Assembly: GCA_963668625.2 (NCBI GenBank)
Contig: CAXXKA010000008.1
Span: 128,001-192,000, forward strand
Direction of reading: 5' to 3'
From: an uncultured candidate division Zixibacteria bacterium
GTDB lineage: Bacteria; Zixibacteria; MSB-5A5; UBA10806; 4484-95
DNA length: 64,000 nt
Each line of letters starts with the position of its first letter. Position 1 is the first letter of the stretch. Positions 38,989 to 48,792 of the stretch are shown here, one piece after another. Position numbers and translations under genes: made by a program. The notes under the pieces are model-generated. The model had not been told where the DNA came from. It ran no database searches and saw only the letters and a program-made list of their open reading frames with translations.

Positions 38989-40839
38989 ATGAACATAGAG
39001 ATAATAAAAGAGTTTTTAGGCCAGGTAGAGCTTCTGAAGCAATTCACGACCGAGGAGTTAGAAACATTCGCAAATGCCGTGGAGCCGCGGGAGTATGAGG
39101 CCAATTCACTTTTATTCGAGGAAAACAGTCCGCGCAAATCCCTTTATTTAATATACAAGGGAGAGATAGAATTATTCAAACGTACCGCGTTCGGCAAGGA
39201 AGAACGTCTGTCTTTTTTCAGTAAATACGATTTTCTGGGCGAAGGCGCTTTCATGGATGACTACCCTCATTCTACTTCAGCCAGAACACTTCTGAACACT
39301 ACCGTATTGGCTATAAGCCGAGATGCCTTTCAGGGGTTAATCCAGACAAACCCGGCAATCGCCGGGAAAATACTTTCGGCGGTCGCTAAGGTTATCTCGA
39401 GGCGGATTCGTCAGGCCAGCACGCGCGTTACCAACATAGCCGCCCAGTATATATCGGGGCGAACCCGACAGGAACACGACCTTCTGGGTAACCGGGATGT
39501 TCCCTACGAATTTTATTACGGCGTGCAGACTCTTCGCGCTACCGAGAATTTCAATATCAGCGGTATATCGTTAACCCAGTTTCCTACGTTAATTGTGGCG
39601 CTGGCGATGGTAAAACTGGCTGCCGCAGAGGCTAATTTCGAGCTGGGGTCGTTGTCCAGCCCGATCAGGGATGCCATAGTGCAAGCCTGTAACGAGATCA
39701 TAAACGGGCGGTATCACACACAATTCGTCGTCGATATGATACAGGGCGGAGCCGGCACCTCCACGAACATGAACGCTAACGAGGTTATCGCTAACAGGGC
39801 TTTGGAGATATTGGGCTACGAACGCGGTGACTATAAATACTGCCACCCCAACAACCATGTCAACCTGTCACAGTCTACCAATGACGCTTACCCGACCGCC
39901 TTGAAAATCGCCCTTATATATTCCAACGAAAAGTTGGTAAAAGTATTGAAGCAGTTATCCGATTCGTTTTATGATAAAGCGAAGGAGTTTGCCGAGATCA
40001 TCAAGATGGGACGCACCCAGCTTCAGGATGCCGTACCGATGACACTGGGACAGGAGTTCGAGTCGTACGGTTCTACACTAGAGGAGGAGATTGAGCGTTT
40101 GAACACCAACGCCGAGTTGTTCCTCGAAATGAATATGGGGGGCACCGCTATCGGCACCGGTATCAATGCCGACCCCAATTACTCCAGGAAAGTGATCGAG
40201 CACCTCAAGGAGATTACCGGTCTCGAGGTCAGCCTGGCCCCGAACCTGGTCGAGGCAACTCAGGACACCGGGGCGTTCGTGATGTATTCCTCGGCTATCA
40301 AACGCCTGGCGGTTAAACTTTCGAAAATTTCCAACGATTTACGCCTTTTATCCTCGGGACCTCGGGCCGGTTTCAACGAGATAAACCTTCCTCCAATGCA
40401 ACCTGGCTCCTCGATAATGCCCGGCAAGGTCAATCCGGTAATCCCCGAGGTGGTAAACCAGATTGCCTTTAAAGTAATCGGTAATGATCTAACCGTCACC
40501 CTGGCGGCGGAGGCCGGTCAACTCGAGCTTAATGTGATGGAGCCGGTGATCGCCCAGAGCACGTTCGAGTCAATCGAGATGTTGAAAAACGGTATGGCCA
40601 CGTTGAAATATCGCTGCGTGGATGGTATAACCGCCAACGCGGAACATTGCCGGAAGGTGGTGCAGAACAGTATCGGGCTGGTGACGGCGCTTAATCCCGC
40701 GCTTGGCTATGAAACATGCTCATCACTGGCAAAAGAGGCGCTGGAAACCAACCGGGGCGTTTACGAACTGGTGATCGAGAGAAATCTGCTTTCCAAAGAG
40801 GAACTGGATAGACTTCTGGCGCCGGAGAATATGGTTTAA
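38989..40839 (+). CDS. aspA: Aspartate ammonia-lyase with N-terminal cyclic-nucleotide-binding (CRP-type) domain
   Basis: aa 1-150 'LYLIYKGEI..FLGEGAF..PHSTSA'; then 'QGGAGTSTNMNANEV', 'SQSTNDAYPT', 'GSSIMPGKVNP'. Confidence 0.9.
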   Translation: MNIEIIKEFLGQVELLKQFTTEELETFANAVEPREYEANSLLFEENSPRKSLYLIYKGEIELFKRTAFGKEERLSFFSKYDFLGEGAFMDDYPHSTSARTLLNTTVLAISRDAFQGLIQTNPAIAGKILSAVAKVISRRIRQASTRVTNIAAQYISGRTRQEHDLLGNRDVPYEFYYGVQTLRATENFNISGISLTQFPTLIVALAMVKLAAAEANFELGSLSSPIRDAIVQACNEIINGRYHTQFVVDMIQGGAGTSTNMNANEVIANRALEILGYERGDYKYCHPNNHVNLSQSTNDAYPTALKIALIYSNEKLVKVLKQLSDSFYDKAKEFAEIIKMGRTQLQDAVPMTLGQEFESYGSTLEEEIERLNTNAELFLEMNMGGTAIGTGINADPNYSRKVIEHLKEITGLEVSLAPNLVEATQDTGAFVMYSSAIKRLAVKLSKISNDLRLLSSGPRAGFNEINLPPMQPGSSIMPGKVNPVIPEVVNQIAFKVIGNDLTVTLAAEAGQLELNVMEPVIAQSTFESIEMLKNGMATLKYRCVDGITANAEHCRKVVQNSIGLVTALNPALGYETCSSLAKEALETNRGVYELVIERNLLSKEELDRLLAPENMV

Positions 40840-40860
40840 CAAGCTATTAAATATGACAAA

Positions 40861-40900
40861 ACATAGCTCAGGATGCCGTACCTTCCATCCTGAGCTATGT
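40861..40900 (+). terminator. REP family R2 hairpin doubling as the aspA terminator
   Basis: Perfect 15-bp stem ACATAGCTCAGGATG / CATCCTGAGCTATGT followed by Ts. Confidence 0.65.
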
Positions 40901-41259
40901 TTTAATTAGCAATCAGGTTACGCCTAATCGGGGCGTGCCTGCCAGCCGAATGACTGGCCCGCGTATTGACATACTCGGCACGTCATAAGAGCAGGCTAAT
41001 CCCCTGCGGTATTGACTATCGACATGGATTAACTCAATATCATGTTGTAGTTGCGAATTCAACTTTAACGACTATAATGACGTAAAAATGTCAATTGTCA
41101 CGGGGGTTTAGCCAGGCAGATTGCTTTTTGAAATTGCCGATGTCGAGAATTCCGACTACTCTTATCCAATGAGTTACATTTTTAACTGAATATAAAAAAG
41201 GAATGAATAATTATCGCATCACGCTTAAAGAATGACATTTTTAAAATATTATTCGTTTT

Positions 41260-41513
41260 CACCATTGTCCGGCCTTCCCATCTCGTTGCGAAGCGCTGCT
41301 TCGCAACGTGACTTTTGGGCCGGCAAAATGCGCATTCTACATGACACAAGAAGGTTTCCAGGCAGCGCTTGGAAACCAGGGAACTAAGCCTAACATAGGC
41401 AGGACATATCAGGATGCATGATACGCTGAATATATAATTATATCGGAAAAAATCTTTCACTAACAATTCCAAGGAGAATTTTAAAATTTACTGAAAAACA
41501 CCGGACACTAGTG
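41260..41513 (+). mobile_element. MITE family A (254 bp)
   Basis: TIR CACCATTGTCCGG / CCGGACACTAGTG; perfect TSD ATTCGTTTT. Confidence 0.93.
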
Positions 41514-41708
41514 ATTCGTTTTAGTTTTATATCTTTCCACCACATTCATGATTCGCAGTATTCCGTATCAAAGGCTTTAATATTCCTTAAGCGATAATCG
41601 TCTATTACTCAGGGCAAACTTCCACAGGGCCGGTGGCTTTTAAGATCAATAAAAAAGCAGGCCGAACAAAGACCTGCTTCGAAATTGAACTTGATAATAT
41701 CATTAGCT

Positions 41709-42812
41709 TTATTTCAAAAACTTGCCGTTCTTGAAAAACATCTCGCCATCGGCGTACATAGCGCCTTTCTTGCGCAAGTCACAGATCATATCCCAGTGCA
41801 GCGCCGATTTGTTTTTACCGCCCGATTCGGGATAGGAGTTACCCAGCGCCATGTGGAAAGTGCCGCCGATCTTCTCATCATAAAGGATATTCTTGGTGAA
41901 CTGTTGTATGCCGTAATTGGTACCGATCGCCACCTCGCCTAAGTATTTCGCGCCTTTGTCTATGTTGGTCATGGCGTGAAGGTAATCCTCGCCGGTGGCG
42001 GCATTGGCTTTTACCAGCTTACCGTTTTTGAACTCGAGGCGTACATCGGTAACCTCCCTGCCGCGATAAACAGCCGGGAACGAGAACCGGATATGGCCGT
42101 TGACCGAATTCTCCACCGGGGCGGTAAATACCTCGCCATCGGGGAAATTATTGTCACCGTCGCAATTAATCCATTTACGGCCGGCGACATTGAAAGTAAT
42201 ATCGGTATCCGGCGCTTCGAGACGGATCACTTTTTTACGCCTGACATACTTGATCACTTTCTCGTTCTGTTTCGACATCTTCTTCCACTCGGCTACCGGG
42301 TCCTTCTTATCGACCATGCAAGCCTTGAACACGAAATCCTCGTAATCCGCCAGGGACATGCTACCATCCTGGGCCGAGGCGTTGGTAGGATACTGTGTCA
42401 ATACCCACGATAACTCACCCTCGGCGGAGCGCTTGGAGAATTTCTGGTTGATCTTACCGCGTGATCTGAACAGCATCGCTTGCCTCTGAGGGTCAACCCC
42501 GGAGAGAGCCTTAGTGTTCTGTGGCGACCTGATCACGATAAAAGCATCCAGCTTATTCACCTCCATGTTATCCATCGGCGAGATATATTGGATCTGGTCG
42601 GCGCTGGCGTTTTTGAAAAATATATCCTCGAATTCTTCGGAGTTCAAACGAACGTAAGGATATGCGCCTGCTTTAAGAACCTCGCGGTATACTTCTTTCA
42701 ATAGCGGCAGTGATTCGATACCGCCGATTATTTTAACCAGTTGTTTACGTTTAATTTTGCAAGAATAGTGCACCAGCACCTGTGCCAGTTTAGTATTTCT
42801 AGGATCTACCAT
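41709..42812 (-). CDS. Aminopeptidase, M29 (AmpS/PepS) family
   Basis: 'NFPDGEVFTAP', 'LGEVAIG', 'DEKIGGTFHMALG', 'HWDMI'. Confidence 0.93.
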   Translation of the reverse strand: MVDPRNTKLAQVLVHYSCKIKRKQLVKIIGGIESLPLLKEVYREVLKAGAYPYVRLNSEEFEDIFFKNASADQIQYISPMDNMEVNKLDAFIVIRSPQNTKALSGVDPQRQAMLFRSRGKINQKFSKRSAEGELSWVLTQYPTNASAQDGSMSLADYEDFVFKACMVDKKDPVAEWKKMSKQNEKVIKYVRRKKVIRLEAPDTDITFNVAGRKWINCDGDNNFPDGEVFTAPVENSVNGHIRFSFPAVYRGREVTDVRLEFKNGKLVKANAATGEDYLHAMTNIDKGAKYLGEVAIGTNYGIQQFTKNILYDEKIGGTFHMALGNSYPESGGKNKSALHWDMICDLRKKGAMYADGEMFFKNGKFLK

Positions 42813-43160
42813 ATTAAATTCCTTCCTCTAATATAATCTTAGTAATCAATAATAATCTTTTTACTCATACATGTCAATTAATGCTTGAAACAATTAGACT
42901 TATAGATCAATCTCCGGCTGATTTCGCTTGATTAGCATGGCGAGTATTATTATGATTATCATGGCGATATGTAAGTGAGGAACGCCCCGCTAAATTGAAA
43001 ATAATACGTAATGATGGGCATGTCGAGAAAATAAGTAGCCGCGAAAGTTGACTTAAACTGAATAAAGGATACGACCCAAAACAACCCTAAGACCGGATGT
43101 ATCCTCGCTGAAACTTCACGATGCCGCTTATTCGAGCTGCCCCAGGCAAAAGGAAATATC

Positions 43161-45173
43161 ATGTTCGAATTTCAGGAAATAACACCATCGGGAATTGAGG
43201 CCATCGTTTACTACCTGGCTTTTCTGGCTGGTATGGGAATTTTCTCTTTTATCATTAGCAAATATATCAGGCTTTTAACTAAATTCAAGAAACTCGATTA
43301 CACCGTTGATATCGGCGAGGGCGCGGCCCGGGTGTTCAGGTTCGTGTTCGGGCAAAAACGCCTCCTGGATGATCCATTCTCGGGCGGCGCGCATTTTCTG
43401 ATATTCTGGGGTTTCCTGATCATCGCCTTCGGTACTCTAAACTTTTTCGGCAAAGGTTTCTGCGCCGATTTCCATATCCCTGTCTTATACGGCGCATTCA
43501 AAACCGAATTCCTGTTTCTGTTGGATCTATTCAGTGTACTGGTCATCGCCGGCGTCATAGGCGCGGTGGTAAAACGCTATGTTGTCCGGCCCGAACGTCT
43601 TTCGCAAAGCCCGGGAGCTCTTCTGATACTGGTACTGATATTCGGCCTGATGGTATTCGATTTGCTCTCCGACGGTTTCAACATGGTCTCCCAGCAGCTC
43701 GTAGTTAAAGGTAGTTTCGTCGGCAATTACCTGGCCTCCGTTTTCTGGGATATGCCTCAAAAAAGCGCGACTACCTGGGCGCATGTTTTCTGGTGGCTTC
43801 ATTTCTTGTTTTTCATGATCATGCTCAATTATGTCCCCACCGGCAAACACATGCACGTATTCAGCTCGTTTTTCAACGTGTTCTTGACCAAGAAAGACGC
43901 CGGCACGAAACTCTCCACGCCCGACCTGGAGGATGACGATCTCGAATCGTTCGGTATTACCGTAGTCGAGGAGCATAATTGGAAAGACTTGCTCGATGCT
44001 TACTCGTGTACCGAGTGCGGGCGTTGTCAGGATGTTTGCCCGGCGTACAATACCGGCAAGCCTCTTTCACCGAAAAATATTACCATACAGCTTCGTAAGC
44101 ACGCCGAGAAGAAAGCCCCGTATCTATACTCCGGCAAATCGGAGGAGTTCGAGGAGAGCCTCATCAAGGATGTTATCACCGAGGATGTCATCTGGTCATG
44201 TACCACCTGTTATGCTTGCCAGCGGGCCTGTCCGCTTTTCATAAAGCAGTTCACCAAGCTAATCGACTACCGCCGTTCACTCGTACTCAACGAGGGCGAG
44301 ATATCCACGCAGGGAGCGTTGTGTTTGAAAAACCTGGAGAAATCCGGCGATCCCTGGGGGCTGGGACAGTCGGCGCGCGCCGATTGGTACAAGGGGCTCG
44401 ATGTCAAACATATCTCTGATAATCCCGATGCCGAGTGGTTGTTCTGGGTCGGCTGCGCCGGGGCGCTCGATCAGCGCAATATCAAGGTCAGCCGGGATAC
44501 CGTAAAGCTGATGAACGCCGCCGGTCTCGATTTCGCAATACTCGGCGCCGATGAGACCTGCACCGGTGACTCGGCTCGCAGGTTAGGCGAGGAGTACCTG
44601 TTCCAGACACTGGCGCAGGGCAATGTCGAGATGCTTAACGAGCTGAAAGTTAAAAAGATATTCACCAACTGCCCTCACTGTTTCAACACGCTTAAAAACG
44701 AGTATCCCGATTTCGGTGGTAATTTCGAGGTGGTTCATACGCATCAGTTATTAGAGCAGTTGATCCGTCAGGGAGATTTGCATATCAATACCGATAAAAT
44801 CAAAAGCCGGGTGATGGTTGATAATACTAAGATCACTTTCCATGATTCCTGTTATCTTGGCCGTCATAACGATATGTACGAACCCTCTCGCATACTGATA
44901 AGCATGTTCGGTGACCTGATCGAGATGAAACGTTCGGGTGAGAACTCGTTCTGCTGCGGCGCTGGCGGCGGCAACATGTGGCTCGAGGAGCATATCGGCA
45001 AGCGGGTGAACGTGGAGCGCACCGAGGAGGCGTTGGAGACAGGCGCCGGCACGATAGGTGTAGCCTGCCCGTTCTGCATGACCATGTTCGAGGACGGCGT
45101 AAAGGCCAAGGACAAGGTAGAGACCAACCGAGTGCTGGAGATCACCGAGATACTGGCCGCGGGCGTGGATTGA
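43161..45173 (+). CDS. FadF/HdrF-like membrane Fe-S oxidoreductase (TM + 2x4Fe-4S + 2 CCG domains)
   Basis: 'CTECGRCQDVCP', 'CTTCYACQRACP', 'HDSCYLGR', 'CCGAGGG'. Confidence 0.9.
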   Translation: MFEFQEITPSGIEAIVYYLAFLAGMGIFSFIISKYIRLLTKFKKLDYTVDIGEGAARVFRFVFGQKRLLDDPFSGGAHFLIFWGFLIIAFGTLNFFGKGFCADFHIPVLYGAFKTEFLFLLDLFSVLVIAGVIGAVVKRYVVRPERLSQSPGALLILVLIFGLMVFDLLSDGFNMVSQQLVVKGSFVGNYLASVFWDMPQKSATTWAHVFWWLHFLFFMIMLNYVPTGKHMHVFSSFFNVFLTKKDAGTKLSTPDLEDDDLESFGITVVEEHNWKDLLDAYSCTECGRCQDVCPAYNTGKPLSPKNITIQLRKHAEKKAPYLYSGKSEEFEESLIKDVITEDVIWSCTTCYACQRACPLFIKQFTKLIDYRRSLVLNEGEISTQGALCLKNLEKSGDPWGLGQSARADWYKGLDVKHISDNPDAEWLFWVGCAGALDQRNIKVSRDTVKLMNAAGLDFAILGADETCTGDSARRLGEEYLFQTLAQGNVEMLNELKVKKIFTNCPHCFNTLKNEYPDFGGNFEVVHTHQLLEQLIRQGDLHINTDKIKSRVMVDNTKITFHDSCYLGRHNDMYEPSRILISMFGDLIEMKRSGENSFCCGAGGGNMWLEEHIGKRVNVERTEEALETGAGTIGVACPFCMTMFEDGVKAKDKVETNRVLEITEILAAGVD

Positions 45174-45190
45174 TATTCGAGTGATATTGA

Positions 45191-45765
45191 GTAGGCCAAA
45201 ACCCCTGTGGTTTTGGCCTGTGTTGATGTAGATAGATAAGCGTCAGGATGTCGTACCTTCCATCCTGACGCAGGTGGTTTTGGTCAGATTCAAGTTTGAA
45301 AGCTATAGAGCTATCAACCCGGAGCTGTCAGGAATCCTTTCCTGACAGCTAACCGGTAGCGCGTATGTTAGCGCAGTTGAGCTTGAATATAAGCTAATGA
45401 TATGGAAGCTAAAATTAAAATAATGCTAACAGTGGTTGACATGTCTGCGGGGGTGGAGCCGTCGGGAAAGGATTCCCAACGGCTCTGGGGGAAGGACTGC
45501 CTCCGCCCCACGGCTTAAGGTATAAAAGCAAATAGTAATTTCATTGAGCGGTTAGGAATCCTTTCCTGACCGCTAACCTGTAGCGCGTTTGTTAGCGCAG
45601 CAGAGATTGAATATAAGCTAATGATATGGAAGCTAAAATTAAAATAATGCTAACAGTGGTTGACATGTCTGCGGGGGCGTAGCCGTCGGGAAAGGATTCC
45701 CAACGGCTCTGGGGGAAGGACTGCCTCCGCCCCACGGCTTAAGGTATAAAAGCAAATAGTAATTT
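45191..45765. repeat. REP/REPIN cluster upstream of RAYT, including two tandem REPINs with 224-bp period
   Basis: R3 45191-45219; R2 45240-45271; R1 inverted pairs 45323-45350/45457-45484 and 45547-45574/45681-45708. Confidence 0.85.
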
Positions 45766-45780
45766 GAGGGTTAAGCAAAC

Positions 45781-46347
45781 ATGCGCAGTAGAGATAGAAA
45801 ACATTACGAAGATCATGGTAATTTGTTTTTTATTACTTCAACGGTAGTAGGTTTTATGAACATTTTCAAGCAAAAGGAAGCCTGCGAAATATTCGTAAAC
45901 TGCTTGCGTTTCTATCAGGATAGAGGTGATATGAAAATACTCGCATGGGTGCTTATGCCTAATCATTTTCATCTGATAATAAAAGTTGGCGATAGATCTA
46001 ATATCTCTACCTTAATAGGAGGAATCAAAAGGTATTCCTCAAGATTATTAGGCAAACTGCTTCGGCAAAATAATGCTAAAGCCATATTAATGAAAATCAA
46101 AGAAGCAGCATTACTTGAATCTGGGAAAGGAGCATCCATTTGGAAACCGAGATTCGATAGCCTTGTGATAGTATCAGAAAGCATATTGAAACAGAAGATA
46201 GAATATATTCATTATAATCCAGTCCTAAAAGGATTTGTAGAATATCCTCATCAGTGGTATTATTCCAGTGCAACAGCTTATGATAATAGGCCAGGAATCG
46301 ACTTAGTTACTGATGCTAAATGGGAGTGCCTTGGATACGGAGCGTAG
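45781..46347 (+). CDS. REP-associated tyrosine transposase (RAYT, Y1 HUH)
   Basis: 'FFITST', 'WVLMPNHFHLI', 'IWKPRF', 'YIHYNPV'; flanked by GTAG-type REPs. Confidence 0.92.
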   Translation: MRSRDRKHYEDHGNLFFITSTVVGFMNIFKQKEACEIFVNCLRFYQDRGDMKILAWVLMPNHFHLIIKVGDRSNISTLIGGIKRYSSRLLGKLLRQNNAKAILMKIKEAALLESGKGASIWKPRFDSLVIVSESILKQKIEYIHYNPVLKGFVEYPHQWYYSSATAYDNRPGIDLVTDAKWECLGYGA

Positions 46348-46590
46348 CCGTCGGGAAAGGATTCCCAACGGCTCAAGGATGTTTTAATCAACCTCAACAT
46401 GCCATACTTTCCATCCCGACATATGTGATGACAACCACAAAAAAAAACCGGCATAACCAGGGCTAATAAATTTTCACCTCGTTACCAAACTCCAGTTTGG
46501 TAATGCAATTGCCTGAGAAACTCCGTTTCGAGTTTAAGCATCGGTAGTAGCCTTAGCATCAGGATGTCGTACCTTCCATCCTGATGCATG
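46344..46590. repeat. REP hairpins downstream of RAYT (R1 overlapping the stop codon, R7, R2)
   Basis: GTAGCCGTCGGGAAAGGATTCCCAACGGCT 46344-46373; CTCGTTACCAAACTCCAGTTTGGTAATG ~46478-46505; GCATCAGGATG..CATCCTGATGC 46556-46587. Confidence 0.8.
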
Positions 46591-46753
46591 TGGTACTTTT
46601 ACTAAAATTGACCTCGTTACTCAATCAGATAGCTAATACGCAGAGATGATCAAAGAGCTGCGTCCGCCCAACGGTTCAAATAAGATTCTGATAAACAATC
46701 ACAAAAAACCCCGGCATAACCGGGGCTAATAAATTTCCGTAAATCAAATCGGA

Positions 46754-47800
46754 TTATTCACCCGACCAGGGATCGGTGAAGACATCCGTTGGCAGTACGC
46801 TGAAATCGAACAGTAAATCATCATCAAGATAATCATCGAACTCGGATATCAAACTCGTGCCCTCGCTGTAATTTGGGCCGAAAACCTGCTCGGAGCTGCC
46901 CGATTCGTTAACCTGCGAAAAATCATTCGGTAAATACTCGCGATATTTAAGCGCGAACTCGGTCTGATTGTTGCCGCCGCCTATGACACATCTGTACAGA
47001 TCGGTCTCAGGATTGGCGTTGCCATACCAGCTGAGACGATATGCGAAGTCTCCCGTGGATGTTGAATACATATGAAACGCGTTTAAAAACTCCTCATCAT
47101 TTTGGTCGGTATATTGATTATAAGCCAGACCTTTAAACACGAACGTGTTGTTTGTCAGATCGAGGCGGGAATAGCGAAGTTTGCATCTTACATGAGACTC
47201 TCCCGGAGCGCTGAGATTGTACTCTAGTATCAGTTGCTCGGTATCATTAACGGTTAAGCCGATTCGTATAACCTCACCCGGCTCATCCTCTATCTCCAGT
47301 TCGACCATGTAATCGACATCAACATTGGTACCGATAATCGCCTGGCATTCGGTCGGAATAGGCGTGGTAGCCGATATCTGGGCGACCGTGGCGGTATAGA
47401 ACACTGTCATCGTATCGCCGTCCTCGTTGACAAATATCGAATCATCATAAGCGCCGGTAACGAGATCACCGTCATCATTTACCCTCAGGATGTTTTCCAG
47501 TAATTCGATGTTAAACTGAAACGATTCGACATTGTTATAGAGAGACTGTGGCTGTTCGCCGAATACCAGTTCCAACAAAGCCATATCGCCCTCGGTCCAA
47601 ACAGAATCAACACCCGCGGGGGAGGCATCCGGCCCCTCATATTCCGGCGGCGCGACATCCTCAACCAATTCCGATAGATCTACCAGATCAAGCGTATTGT
47701 TTCCGTCATCCGGATTGGTGGAGTTATCACTACATCCAATAATAGATACGACAAGAAAGATTACTGCTGCTAAAATTATTGGGTATCCTGCCCTATGCAT
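46754..47800 (-). CDS. Acidic lipoprotein, hypothetical
   Basis: Lipobox 'IIGC' followed by SDNSTNPDD. Confidence 0.75.
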   Translation of the reverse strand: MHRAGYPIILAAVIFLVVSIIGCSDNSTNPDDGNNTLDLVDLSELVEDVAPPEYEGPDASPAGVDSVWTEGDMALLELVFGEQPQSLYNNVESFQFNIELLENILRVNDDGDLVTGAYDDSIFVNEDGDTMTVFYTATVAQISATTPIPTECQAIIGTNVDVDYMVELEIEDEPGEVIRIGLTVNDTEQLILEYNLSAPGESHVRCKLRYSRLDLTNNTFVFKGLAYNQYTDQNDEEFLNAFHMYSTSTGDFAYRLSWYGNANPETDLYRCVIGGGNNQTEFALKYREYLPNDFSQVNESGSSEQVFGPNYSEGTSLISEFDDYLDDDLLFDFSVLPTDVFTDPWSGE

Positions 47801-48032
47801 ACCGGTTTCCTTTCATGTAGAGTTTACGATTGTTTTCTCCAGTATCGGATACAATTATTATGACTTTAAAACTCTTTGATACTGGAATTTATAATCTATG
47901 TAACAGGCAAAATAATATGGCTATTGCAAAGGAAGATTATATATGGGGATTATTGTCAGGAGGCTTTTAGCGTTAAGATGCTTTTTATTATATCTGGTTG
48001 AATGTTTAAACTGATTATTAAATTAGAGAAAT

Positions 48033-48286
48033 CACTACTGTCCGGCCTTTCCATCTCGTTGCGAAGCGCTGCTTCGCAACGTGGCTTGTTTGCCGGCAGA
48101 ATGCTTATTCTACATGACTCAAGAAGGTTTCCAAGCAGCGCTTGGAAACCAGGAAACTAAGCCTGACATCGACAGGACATATCAGAATGTATGATACGGT
48201 GAATGTTTAATTACATCGAAAAATATCTTTAGCTAACAATTCTAAGGAAAAATTTAAAATTTATCGAAAAACACCGGACACTAGTG
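48033..48286 (+). mobile_element. MITE family A (254 bp)
   Basis: TIR CACTACTGTCCGG / CCGGACACTAGTG; perfect TSD TAGAGAAAT. Confidence 0.93.
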
Positions 48287-48484
48287 TAGAGAAATATAAA
48301 ATGATTTTCGGGAAAGCCATTTTGCATGCCAATCGCCTATTTCACAAGTTTTATCTCTTTCCCATTTTAGATTAGAGTGAATAATGTAATCAATTTCAGG
48401 TAATTCGCCTAATGCGCTCATTGCAGCTAATGTTGTAGATTGAACTCCTTTTCCCAAAGAAAGAACGCGTATGGAATTACTCAA
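48287..48484 (-). pseudogene. N-terminal fragment of a PP-loop (PAPS-reductase-like) protein
   Basis: AGGAG + TTG start; 'RVLSLGKGVQST...GELPEIDYIIHSNLKWE'; ends at the MITE. Confidence 0.6.
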
Positions 48485-48519
48485 TAATGCACTCCTAATA
48501 GAAATGTTATAATTTAAAT

Positions 48520-48774
48520 CACTACTGTCCGGTCTTTTCATCTCGTTGCGAAGCGCTGCTTCGCAACGTGGCTTGTTTGCCGGCAGAATGCGCATTCTAC
48601 ATGATTCAAGAAGGTTTCCAAGCAGCGCTTGGAAACCAGAAAACCAAGCCTAACATCGGCAGGATATGTCAGGATGAATGATACGCTGAATAAAATAATT
48701 ATATCGGAAAATATTTTTCATTAACAATTCCAAGGAGAAATTTAAAATTTAACGAAAAACACCGGACACTAGTG
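48520..48774 (+). mobile_element. MITE family A (255 bp)
   Basis: TIR CACTACTGTCCGG / CCGGACACTAGTG; TSD AATTTAAAT / AATTCAAAT. Confidence 0.93.
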
Positions 48775-48792
48775 AATTCAAATATTAAATAA

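Noticed and set aside
40869-40882. Hairpin sequence CAGGATGCCGTACC identical to the QDAVP codons in aspA and fumC, suggesting antisense control
   Set aside because: Other R2 copies read CAGGATGTCGTACC at unrelated loci; most likely coincidence.
48033-48045. Link to eukaryotic CACTA transposons
   Set aside because: Those make 2-3 bp TSDs, whereas these are 9 bp; the shared pentamer is probably coincidental.
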